NCBI RefSeq assembly: GCF_006345805.1
Contig: NC_043014.1
Coordinates: 41,354,001 to 41,418,000, forward strand
Reading direction: 5' to 3'
Length of the DNA stretch: 64,000 bases
Source of the DNA: Octopus sinensis
Taxonomy: Eukaryota
The notes beneath the pieces are model-generated. The model made no database searches and was not told the DNA's origin. It saw only the letters and a program-made list of their open reading frames with translations. The number at the start of each line of letters is the position of its first letter. Within the stretch, counting starts at the first letter, position 1. This document shows, piece by piece, positions 40,751 to 52,189 of this stretch. Both the position numbers and the translations under genes were made by a program.

Positions 40751-41010
40751 TTCTTTAATTTTCCGTCTACCAAATCAACTCAGAAGGCTTTAGTCGACCC
40801 CAGGCTATACAAGATACCAGAAAACACTTACTGAAAGAGGTCCGTTGTATATATATATATATATACAACGGGCCTCTTTCAGTTTCTGTCTACTAAATCC
40901 ACTCACAAGGCTATATTGGAAAACACTTGCATAAGTTGCCAATTAGTGGGACTGAACCCGGAACCATGTCGTTGGGAAGCAAACTGCTTACCACACAGCC
41001 ACGCCTGCGC
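39838..41010 (-). mobile_element. SINE family A halves separated by expanded microsatellites and an inserted repeat fragment
   Basis: 3' half at about 39838-40030, microsatellites plus a foreign segment at 40030-40750, 5' half at about 40860-41010 (ggcgtggctgtgtggtaagcag on the minus strand). Confidence 0.6.
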
Positions 41011-41206
41011 CTATGTGTATCAAATTTCCAAATTTCGAAATCAGGACATACAAATTAAATCTCATAATGCTTTTGCAAATTTAAGAGCTCATGTATAATG
41101 ATGTACAACCATGATCATTCTTTGAATCAACTAATTTTTTTTCACTAATTGCTACTTTCGTTTGTATTTTATTAGCAACATGTAGAGATACAAAACATCT
41201 TGGTAC

Positions 41207-41422
41207 CTTTATTTATTTTTCCTTGGAAAGGTGTTACACCTCCGTTCGTCACAACGGAAGTTGCTGTAGTTGTGATACTATTTGGATCCGCTTTTTTACA
41301 GGCCGATTTCTTGCAGCAGCAGATAATGGCTACAATGCAGACAATGAATATTACGATGCTGCCAACGGTGATGGCGACGGCAGCTGTGACTCCAAGAGTC
41401 ATAAACCGATTTAGGACGCTAT
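41207..41422 (-). CDS. Transmembrane exon of a small single-pass membrane protein (Shisa/CYYR1/WBP1-like architecture)
   Basis: Acceptor tttttttatgactcttttcag|, phase 1. Reads (D)SVLNRFMTLGVTAAVAITVGSIVIFIVCIVAIICCCKKSACKK...: a hydrophobic helix followed by a Cys cluster and basic residues. Two phase-1 donors are possible (GAG|gtgtaa at 41240, AAG|gtacca at 41207); both keep frame with the 28367 exon. Confidence 0.8.
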
Positions 41423-42325
41423 CTGAAAAGAGTCATAAAAAAAAGAAATAAATAAAATGACTTTAGAAATCAATTACAGAAAGTATGGTGGAAAGATTTT
41501 GTATACAAGAAAACTAAGACAACAACTGAATCGGAAAATATTTGAAATATTTCAAACGAAAATTGAAGAAGTTTTAGAAAATATATACAAAAATGGAAAG
41601 AATTTAATAAAGAAAGAAACTCAAAATCAGGCAAGAAAACGGTAAAAAAATTTACAAATTGGGATCGTGAAGTAGTGTTTTTAAAACGGAAATAACATTT
41701 TGACGTAAGAAAAAACATTTAAAGCAAAGCACAAAAAAAAAATATAATAAAATATTTTTTTAAAAAACACAGTATAAACAGAAACTTAAGATAAATAATT
41801 GAAAAATATTATAATTTGAATTCTGTTGGATAAACAGAGAAATCGATTTCTGTTGAAAACAAAATGGCATATAACTGGGATGAAATACAGGAAAAGGAAA
41901 TGACATGATTTTTATATGCTGAATATAGAATCCATTTTATTGTGAAATAAGTAATATATCTTTGTATTCGTTAGACAATGCTTAGCATGAAGTAAAGTGA
42001 CATGAAACTTAAAACACCTAGTTTGATCTTCCGGTAAGACAATGCTCCTTTTCGTTACCATCGACATGAGTGGCTATGTCTATCTAGAACATGGAAATTA
42101 CGCGCTACTTTAGTAAACTGACTCTTTTATGTGACAGATGTTTGAAACGTGAAGCGCTGTGTTAAAATGTGTACATTCTTTATAGCCACATTTCTTAGTT
42201 GGTTTCTCAAGAAGAATTTTTTCCACCATAATTTCAGTAACCGTATCTTTAATAAATCAGAAACGTCGACATTTAAAATAAACTAGTTTCACAACTTCAA
42301 TGCGGTTATATTTAATAAGGGGACG

Positions 42326-42559
42326 AGGACGGCGAGCTGGTAGAATCGTTAGCACGTCGGGCGAAATGCTTAGCGGTATTTTGGCTGCCGTTACGCTCTG
42401 AGTTCAAATTCCGCCGAGGTTGACTTTGCCTTTCATCCTTTCGGGGTCGATAAATTAAGTACTAGTTACGCACTGGGGTCGATGTAATCGACAAAATATC
42501 CTATGTCTGTCCTTGTTTGTCCACTCTGTGTTTAGTCCCTTGTGGGCAATAAAGAAATA
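42326..42559 (+). mobile_element. SINE family B monomer (tail alpha), sense orientation
   Basis: ggcgagctggtagaatcgttagcacgtcgggcgaaatgcttagcggtatt...gagttcaaattccgccgagg...ccttgtgggcaataaagaaata. Confidence 0.9.
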
Positions 42560-42598
<39 letters not shown>

Positions 42599-43130
42599 TA
42601 CATACATATGTGTGTGTGTCTTTGTGCTTAATTCCCACTACCGCTTAACCACTAATGTCATTTTGTTTACTCCCTTGTAACTGAGTGGGTCTGTAAACGA
42701 TCTGATAGAATAACTACCTGATATAAAAGTATGTTGATTTGCACGACAAGTTGGTGCCTCAGCAAAGCCGCAGTCCAACGACTGAAACCAGTACAATACT
42801 TTTTTAAATATATAAAATAAAATGAAGCATAATCAAAATATCGATTTTCCTATTGTTATGTGAAATCCAACAGTTTATTTATCTTTCTACTATCAATACC
42901 TTTTGACGTTATTTCTAAATCAGAGATATTTAAGCAGTAGTTTTTCGATAAGAATTTTATTTTTAAGGATGCAGTGTAATGTTGTGGCTTGTAATGTCAG
43001 TTTTCGATACCGAATCCATTTGGCCATTGAATTTCTCTACAAATAAATTTATAGAAGTGAAAACCCTTACAGAGATTATGTTACACACACACACACATAC
43101 TTTGTTTCAGCTGGATTTAAAGTTGCTTAC

Positions 43131-43212
43131 CATTATTGATTCGTAATCTGCATTCATGGCAAATTCTATCCGCCACATAATTCCTTAAATCACGCGGAAC
43201 AGTGGTCGACAT
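43131..43212 (-). CDS. Putative first coding exon of the membrane-protein gene (MSTTVPRDLRNYVADRICHECRLRINN)
   Basis: ATG at 43212 is open to the strong donor ATG|gtaagc at 43131. Phase 1 joins the 41422 exon, giving N-N-D-S. No homology recognised; the 5' boundary is uncertain. Confidence 0.4.
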
Positions 43213-44092
43213 TGACAACTGTAATATCTAAGCCCTAACCAATCTTTCTTCACCTGCCTGTGACACATGGCATTCTTATCATCTTTAATCCTCTTCGGCT
43301 TTTCCACCATTGTTTCTGCTACTTTAATTTTCGGAGACATCATCACGAGAGCTTTTGATGCTTTTAAATAATTCCTTGTTTCTGCTTTCCTTCTTTCCCT
43401 TCCAGTTTCTGCCATGAAAATTACTTCATCGCCAACTAACCCGATAAGTAATAAATTTTACTATCTCTACAGCGCATCGTGTTCGTCTTAACGTTAGAAA
43501 AATCTGACTTGAGTTCTGTTGGAGAAGGATTTCACCTGCGTGTTTATTATAACCACTACTGGTTTTTCACTCGCTTCGTAGCCTTTTATTGACAAATCTG
43601 GGGGAGTAATAAAACATTTAAAATAATCTGAAGTAAATACATTACTTAAGAAATCTGATAATGTGTGGTAACACTACACTAAACCTTAAACCCTCAACCC
43701 CAGCTGAACTGGAGCCAGTTTATACGTGTTGTCAGTTTTAAGGAAGATTAATAGAAAAGTAAGCAGATATTAGACACTTTGCACAAATCATTAGAAAGAA
43801 GGAGAAAGAAAAAAAACGGAATTGCAACAACAGTGTCTCAAGAGGTATATTTTCTGCCTTACAAAGTCAGTAGGTTTTCGAAGAGATTACGAATAATGAA
43901 ATATTCATGCAGTGTCATAGTTTAATGTCACAACAAAGTAATGATGTTTAGAAATGTGTTACAGTTTCATTACAAATTCTTTCAGTTATATACGAGCTTT
44001 CTCCTTCAATACTGCTCAATAATTAACAAGCAGTTAAGGTATTTAAAGTGGATCAGTGTGAAAAATGACAGTGACTGCTCAAGAAATATATT

Positions 44093-44676
44093 TGTTTGTT
44101 TATTGTCCACAAGGGGCTAAACATAGAGGGGACAAACAAGGACAGACAAAGGGATTAAGTCGATTATATCGACCCCAGTGCGTAACTGGTACTTATTTAA
44201 TCGACCCCGAAAGGATGAAAGGCAAAGTCGACCTCGGCGGAATTTGAACTCAGAACATAGCGGTAGACGAAATACCTATTTCTTTACTACCCACGAGGGG
44301 CTAAACATAGAAAGGGCAAACGGATTAAGTCGATTATATCGACTCCAGTGCATAGCTGGTACTTATTTATCGACCCCGAAAGGATGAAAGGCAAAGTCGA
44401 CCTCGGCAGAATTTGAACTCCGAACGTAGTGGCAGACGAAATACCTATTTCTTTACTACCCACAAGGGGCTAAACACAGAGGGGACAAACAAAGACAGGC
44501 AAACGGATTAAGTCGATTATATCGACCTCAGTGTGTAACTGGTATTTATTTATTTGACCCCGAAAGGATGAAAGGCAAAGTCGACCTCGGCGGAATTTGA
44601 ACTCAACGTAGCGGCAGACGAAATACCGCTAAGCATTTCGCCCGGCGTGCTAACGATTCTGCCAGCTCGCCGCCTT
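44093..44676 (-). mobile_element. SINE-B concatemer: one head plus three tandem body units in one TSD pair
   Basis: Units 44093-44276, 44277-44445 and 44446-44627; head 44628-44676. TSD tgct(c/t)aagaaatatatt at 44076-44092 and 44677-44693. Confidence 0.92.
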
Positions 44677-44835
44677 TGCTTAAGAAATATATTATCAATC
44701 TGTTCAGTTTTCATTCTGATGCCTTCACGAATATGGGTTTTTCATACTACAGAGTAATGGAAGACCTATGCTACAAGTCTTCGTATCCTATAAATCAGCC
44801 AAGCCACTTTTACAATGTATTATATAAGAGGGTGT

Positions 44836-45060
44836 AGAGGCATGTGACCTGGTGGTTACGGTGTTGGATTCATGATTGTAAGATTGCCGTTTCGATTCCA
44901 GGACCGGGCGACGCATTTTGCTCAAGCAAAATATTTCATCTCATGTTGCTTCGGTTCGCTCATCTGGCGAAAATTAGTAAAACTGCGATGGACCGGCGTT
45001 CCGTCCGCGTAGGGAATATATATGTCATGGAAACCTGGAAACCGGTCCTATGAGTCTATA
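44836..45060 (+). mobile_element. SINE with CORE-like head and tail 1
   Basis: gaggcatgtgacctggtggttacgg...gtttcgattcc, then gcaaaatatttcatctcatgttgcttcggttcgctcatctggcgaaaattag (cf. 59019 head region), then ctgcgatggaccggcgttccgtcc (cf. tail of 822-1091). Confidence 0.7.
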
Positions 45061-45291
45061 TGACACGGGAAGAAACTTTACTTTTTTTAATATGCAAGAA
45101 AGTATGGAACGCGATCCAAAAAAAGTGGTTAAATGATTCAGAATGGGCCGAGAAGACAAAGATTTTTTCTTTAGTAACATCTGATAACTTGTAAAATGAT
45201 CATAAAATATATTTCTCTTATAAAAAATTACAACACTACATAAACTAGCCATAAGATCCTGGGAATATTTCCTTCAATAAAATAACCAATG

Positions 45292-45336
<45 letters not shown>

Positions 45337-46113
45337 TATATTCCATATATATATTATTTATATTATATATAATATATATAATATAATATATATACACTCA
45401 CTTATATATACATACAAATGCCCACACACATATATACACATATTGATGGATAGAGAGAGGGGGGATAGAGAGAGCTTATTTGAGTGAGATATCGTATGAT
45501 CAGCAAAATCCATAATTAATAATGCACTCAGAATATATATATGCGTGTGTGTGTGTGTATGTATGTGCGTGTGATGTGTGTACATACATGGATATATAAA
45601 GACTCGGTATCCGAATCCGAATGGTGTAATAACACACTGGACACTTTGCAAAGTAATAATCAAACTTACCTACCTACCTAATTGCATATCTACCTATCTA
45701 ACTAACTATCTACATACTTTCCCCCAAACACACACATATGCGCACACACACAACCACACTCATATAGATATGAGTATGTCTGCGTATAAAAAAGATGCAT
45801 GTTATCGTCTACATTATATATACATACATACATATATAGTGGTTTAATAAATTATGTGATTGGGTATTATCTGGTAGTTGATATTGATTTAGATGTATTT
45901 CTTTCTCCATTTTCATATTTTGTATTATTATTTGTGGTAAACTTTAACCTTTGCCCATATAATGCAGTAAATGAATTAATTGCAATCGCAATCATTAACA
46001 TTTATGTATTAACTTTTGGGTACTTCACTAGCAGTATATTGGATATATGTTATCCCATGGAGGGTTGCATTTACAACCCCTATCTAATTTAACTTTGTAT
46101 ATATATTATATAT

Positions 46114-46171
<58 letters not shown>

Positions 46172-46717
46172 TATAATAATATATATATATAATATACATA
46201 CATAACATCTATTCATTTATACCTGCCTGTCTTCGTGTTACATCTGGAAACAGAGCATACTCGTATAATATAGATTGTATTGTACCGAAACAAATAGAAG
46301 CGTATTTGAAATAGAGCAACGCAACAAGGAAGTGTTTCAAATATTTTAAATTGGATGCAAAGCCGTAGTTATTAAACCCGCTTTAGAAATATGGAAATTA
46401 TATTGCGAATACTTCGAGCAAAGAATATGTTTCAACAAAAGCTGAATGAAAAAGGAAGCAGTGAGCTTGTTGCAAACATAACGGAGAATTCGGATGTTTT
46501 ATTGGAAATATTATTGCAAATATTATAAAAAGTAAACAGTGGAGAGGTTTATTGCAAGCCCTATAAAATGTAAACTGTGGGAGTTTATTAAAAGAGATAT
46601 AGAATAGAAACGCGAAGAGCTAATGTAAACATTATAAACTTGTGTTCATAACAAATGTTACAAAATTTGCATATAGCAAACATTAGAAAATAGAAAAATG
46701 AAATTGCATAAACATAA

Positions 46718-46817
46718 NNNNNNNNNNNNNNNNNNNNNNNNNNNNNNNNNNNNNNNNNNNNNNNNNNNNNNNNNNNNNNNNNNNNNNNNNNNNNNNNNNN
46801 NNNNNNNNNNNNNNNNN
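46718..46817. other. Assembly gap (100 N)
   Basis: Run of N; true size unknown. Confidence 0.99.
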
Positions 46818-46966
46818 TGGCTACGGACTGCTTACATGCATATATAGTATAGACTCTCAATAGTGCTTGCAGTTAAGAGTGTTTTCACGATGTGGGTGGG
46901 TCAAACACAGATACACACATACACGCATGCCATGCCCCCCCCCCACACACACACACACCATACTAC

Positions 46967-47017
<51 letters not shown>

Positions 47018-47178
47018 AATTAAGGACTGAACACGAAGTGGACAGTCACATGCTAGATATAGACGTCAAATCTTTTCGTGTTCAGTCCTTAATTGTATAT
47101 ATAATATTTTAATCTTCGGATTCTTTTTTAATATGCTAGACCACTGGTCTTAATTGATAAATACAATTTCTACCCTTA

Positions 47179-47226
<48 letters not shown>

Positions 47227-47384
47227 GAGAGAGAGAGAGAGAGAGGTTATGAAGGTAATGGTGTCAAGTAATACTGAATAAGTGCTGTAGATAGACCATA
47301 TTAAGTTCCAGATTCGGTGATTATGCGAATAAGGGGTCGAGAATCTGTGATTATGCGTTGGTTTATTATCTCATTACGAAATAA

Positions 47385-47414
<30 letters not shown>

Positions 47415-47416
<2 letters not shown>

Positions 47417-47610
47417 CACGACGAGCTTCTTTTAGTTTCCGTCCACCAATCCATACACAAGGCTTCGGTTGACCCGATTCTATAGTAGAAGACACTTGCC
47501 TAAGGTACCACGCAGTGGGAATGAGCACGGAACCATGTAGTTGGGAAGCAAGCTTCTCACACACAGTCACTCCTGCTCCTATAACCACACAGCCACTCCT
47601 GCCCTATATA
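47415..47610 (-). mobile_element. SINE family A, 5' half
   Basis: acgacgagcttcttttagtttccgtc...gaagacacttgcctaaggtaccacgcagtggg...gggaagcaagcttctcacacacagtcactcc. Confidence 0.8.
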
Positions 47611-48039
47611 TTTAACATCTCATTATAACATTTAAAGCGTCTCCTTTATATTCGACGGTTGTAGTTTAATCCCAGCTGCAATGGATAATTGGCAGTGTCG
47701 TTAGAGCTTGGGACAAAAAGCTTTGCGGTAATTGTTCCAACTTTCTCCACTCTGAGTTCGAATCTCACCGAGGCATATTTTGCCTGTCATCCTTTTGTGG
47801 TGGATAAAATGTGATCAAATCTGGTGCGGTGGATTGGCGAAACTCAAAGTAGGAACAGATGCCTCATGGTATTTGTTCTGTTTCTTTGGATATTTTAATT
47901 CAAATCTCGACACGGCCTGCTCAAGCGACAGACACAAATTGTGCCCCCGATTAACACCGCCACCTGAAAGCTTGCGTGTCTTTCGTGGGGATCCACTCAA
48001 TTGTAATCATTTGTGCTGTTTCTCCAGTATCAAGATATA

Positions 48040-48420
48040 CTCTTTACTCTTTTACTTGTTTCCGTCATTTGACTGCGGCCATGCTGGAGCACCGCCTTCA
48101 AGTCGAGTAAATCGACCCCAGGACTTATTCTTTGTAAGCTTAGTACTTATTCTATCAGTCTCTTTTGCTGAACCGCTAAGTTACGGGGACGTAAACACAC
48201 CACCATCGGTTGTCAAGCAATGATGGGGCTACAAACACAGACACACAAACATATACATACATATATATATACATATATACGACGGGCTTCTTTCAGTTTC
48301 CGTCTACCAAATCCACTCACAAGGCTTTGGTCGGCCCGAGGCTATAGTAGAAGACACCCGCCAAAGGTGCCACGCAGTGGGAATGAACCCGGAACCATGT
48401 CGTTGGTAAGCAAGCTCTTA
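48040..48420 (-). mobile_element. SINE family A, near full length
   Basis: Reverse complement of the A consensus from the tail (tactcttttacttgtttc) to the head region (ggaaccatgtcgttggtaagcaagc). Confidence 0.9.
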
Positions 48421-48715
48421 CTCTTTTTCCCATAAAATTCAGGAGTTCTCTGACGGGCCACGGACACCACCAAATCTATGAAGAAAGTTATTCTAGTCAT
48501 GTCGCAATTTTGTTGGGGATCTCAGCAACACATTATGTAGTGTTTACTTCTTTATATATTCGACGGTAGATTAAATATGCAACTCCGACGCCATTTTGTA
48601 TCTAACATTTTCAATGTTTTTATCTCATGAATCGAGGTTTTGTGAAAAACTAATTAAAGTCTCGTACATTTTTGCAATAAATATTAAATGTTGTTGTGTC
48701 TAGGGAGAGTCATTA

Positions 48716-48890
48716 TCTATTATATAAAATCCGTTCTGTCTGTGTGTGTGTGTGTCTTCTAAGATCTCGGGCATCCTCCATCCAATTGCGCTCAAATTTG
48801 ATATGTAGATACCGACGGTATTAGGGCGTGTATAAGTCTTGAAAAAGTTACAAAAATCGATTCCAGGTGAGAATGCGATCGATAAAGCTG
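48716..48890 (+). mobile_element. Helitron-like non-autonomous 5' end (3' end not found)
   Basis: A|TCTATTATATAAAA followed by a (TG)n tract and ...ctcaaatttgatatgtagata, the layout typical of non-autonomous Helitron 5' termini. No CTRR end or hairpin identified. Confidence 0.5.
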
Positions 48891-49670
48891 CTTTTCTTCC
48901 GTCAACCTGTACATAACTGCACCTTCCATTTTTTGTAGTTTTTGTACTGCTTAAAGGCACGTTTCTTTCCTGCCAAGCTTACTGTTTAAACCATGTTTGT
49001 TTTCTCCCAGTCAACAGCCTTATCATTACTGGTACTTTAAACTCTTCGGTTGCATATGTGTGGGAATAAAATCGTTTTTGTTTGGAATAGAAAAAAAGTC
49101 TATCTTTATTTCTTCTTTTGCTGGTGTCTCAAATTTAGCTTAAATCATTGTTTCTTAAAGGGAGCCCTATGGGACTGTCGGACAAGTTGTTTTGAGAAAA
49201 TTTGGTTTAAATGTTTGACAACTCAGCTCCGTCCATTGGACGGCGGGGGGGGACATTTTGCTCGGACCAATATAATTAACACAAACACTGGTTCAATTCC
49301 ACTCCTTTTCTTTATTATTAATCAATTGGTTAAATATCCAACTAACTAATTTATTTTGTTTTCGTTTGTCAAAGCTCTTTGACAAACAACCCTTACTACT
49401 TGCAACCTTTTCAATAAATATTGACTTAGTCCGTTATAGATGGCTGTATTTGTCTGTTTGAAATTTGTTGCGCTCATGCCAGCGTGCGCGTGTGCATGTA
49501 TATTGTATGTATGTATGTATGTATGTATGTATGTATGCATGCATGCATGCATGCATGCATGTATGTATGTATGTGTATGTATGTATGTATGTATGTATGT
49601 ATGTATGTATGTATGTATGTATGTATGTATACATGTGTGTACGTACGTGTACGTATGTATTCTGTATGTT

Positions 49671-49970
49671 CATGTGTTTGCCTCTCAAACCCTCTTTCAT
49701 GGGGCCGAAGAAATGATAGTCCAGTGACGAGGAAGTGAAAACTGTAGTAAAGAAGTGACCCAAAGAACAGTCAACAGAACTTTACAGGGCAGGAATACAT
49801 GTTCTCATTTGAAAGGGGAACATTACTTTTGAGAGAAATGGTGACTATGTTGAGAAGTAGGGATGTGATTGACAGAGAACCATCTTCATTTCGATGCATG
49901 ATACATGTTCCTATGTTGGTAATTATACCTGTCCTAAATAAAATGGCATTACTTCTTGACTCACCGTCAA
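49671..49970 (+). mobile_element. Mariner transposase C-terminal relic with right TIR and an internal micro-inversion
   Basis: Plus strand: SDEEVKTVVKK*PKEQSTELYRAGIHVLI...ERNGDYVEK*. Minus strand 49721-49671: DYHFFGPMKEGLRGKH. TIR-like ggcattacttcttgactcacc at about 49945-49965. Confidence 0.8.
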
Positions 49971-50812
49971 GAAAATGGAAACTACGCTTTGCTATCGTGG
50001 AGAATCTCGCATGACAAAAGCACATCCTTAACATAGCTTGGACCACATCTCAAGAAGCGGCCCTTCTGTTCTAATCAAAGCCAGGGCTATTTCTGCCTCT
50101 TACAATTACCGATACTTTTACTACGAAACAAAGTTTCCGAAGCGAAATTTTAAACCATACTACCGTCCTTTGAGAAAAATGAAATAACGTCGAAACTTTC
50201 AAACAACTATCAGGCATTGTATTTGTGAAATGTTATTTACTCTTCCTTGTATGGAAATATTTATTCCTTAGTCCTCGTCTTCTCGGATATAATCCGTGTA
50301 CAACTCATCACACACACACAGACAAACAAACAAACAAACAAACACATGTAACTTATCAAGATCTGTGCAACTGTGGCGAAGAACTGAAGTATGTGCATGC
50401 TTGTGTATATGATTTGTGATTTGTGCATTATATAAACTGCGATGTACTTGCGAGAAGCTTATGCCACAATTTAACGTGTAATTTCTGGGTGACATTTAAT
50501 TCTGTCATTCTTTAATTCTGTTATTCTTGTAATTCTAATATCCTCCTAGTGAAACGGATAAATTATCCTTGACAACGTGTTTCTATGACAACCAATAGCC
50601 CTAACGACCATTATTAGTATGCAATGCTGTCAGCTTGTTTATATAACACCAGTAATCACTTTGCAGTGATCTTTTGTAAGGGTAATTTTATAGCATCAAC
50701 AACGACAGCCATGTGAGAATCCATGCATGTATGTATTTATTTGTGTGTATATGTGTATGTGTGTAAATGTGTGTGTATGTGAATGTTTGTGTGTGTGCGT
50801 ATGGTATGTGTA

Positions 50813-50843
<31 letters not shown>

Positions 50844-51023
50844 AAGAGAGGGGGAGAGAGTAAGAGAGAGAGAGAGAGTGATCTGGTGGCTGCTTTTAGC
50901 GTGTTTCTTAGTCACGCCATCTTTTTATTTGTGCTCCATTTTGCAATTATGGTAGAATAACCAGTAGCGAAAGCATCAACAACAACGATGACAACAACAA
51001 GAAGAAGATTTCTTATATGTATG

Positions 51024-51054
<31 letters not shown>

Positions 51055-51374
51055 GAATAACAACTACAACAATGCCTCAGAGGACAGAAAGAAAAGTAAT
51101 ACAGGAAAATGTCACATCTTCACTCGTACTTAGCGTTATTTTGATAGCGAATTATTCTAGATATTAAAACGTTCACTATTACACGAAGTTGACATCAGTA
51201 ACAACAACAACAACAACAACAGCAGCAATATCATCATCATAATCAACATCATCATCGTCGTCTTTGTCCTCATCAGCGACATCAAAAATGTTACCGATAT
51301 TATATTAGCTTATATAACGAGGGATATTTTACGTATGTCAAAGCTCTACTTGTTAAAAAACAACAAAAAAATGG

Positions 51375-51720
51375 TTTAGAAACCAGGAGGTTTCTGGTTC
51401 AGTTCCACTGCGTGGAACCTTGGGCAAGTGTCCTCTGCTATGGCGTCAGACCGACGAATGCTTTGTGAGTGAATTTGGTAGACGAAAACTACGTAGAATC
51501 TCGTCGTGTGAATATATACATGTGTTGTGTGTTGCGTGCGTGATTGTGTGTGTGTTGTGTGTGTGTGTGTGGTAGTGTTTGTGTTTGACCTCCAATCTCC
51601 ACTTGACATTCGGTGATTGTCTGTTTACATCTTAACGTAGCGGTTCGGTAAAATAAACGACAGAAGTGCCAGACTTTAGAAAAATAAAAAGTACTCGTTT
51701 CCACTTTGTTCGACTAAAGA
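51375..51720 (+). mobile_element. Degenerate SINE family A
   Basis: ggttcagttccactgcgtggaaccttgggcaagtgtc...ccacttgacattcggtg...cggttcggtaaaa. Confidence 0.7.
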
Positions 51721-52189
51721 ATTAAAGACGGGTGTCCCAGGATTGCTACAATCCGGTGAATGTAAAAGGTAAAAGATGAAAAAAATATATTTGCTGTGTC
51801 AGGGCAGCTAATTGGAACAGCTGTTAAAGGGCCAGGTACATTGCTTCAGGTTATTTATCCTGACTTTCTGCGGACTTAAGTTCAAATCGCACCCCGATCA
51901 TCTTTTCTCTTTGTCCTTTCGGGTTCGACTAGGAAAATATCCATCCAGATCGGCGAACTGACAGAACAGCAAAAACATTGCGATATTCTGTCTGTATCTC
52001 TGTGTTTTAAGAAAGTAAAATGTTATAGGCACTGCCTAACACCACGTGACAAAATGACTAAGAAAATAATATCACAATGATAAACCACAAGAACATCGAC
52101 AGAAACAACAGCAACTCGTTTATACATCTGTCAAAGGCATCAATAACGACTACGGTAATATCTATACCCTGCATCACTAACCCCACCAC

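Noticed and set aside
43185-43415. 76-aa minus ORF MAETGRERRK...
   Set aside because: No recognisable domain and it ends without a usable phase-1 donor; at most a uORF overlapping the proposed start.
44065-44387. ORFs such as MRNWYLFNRPRKDERQSR, repeated at 56607
   Set aside because: They are antisense translations of SINE-B units.
46718-46817. N run
   Set aside because: An assembly placeholder, not biology. Distances and orientation across it are uncertain.
47815-48000. 61-aa minus ORF in unique-looking sequence
   Set aside because: No splice signals in a consistent phase and no recognisable motif; it sits between SINE remnants.
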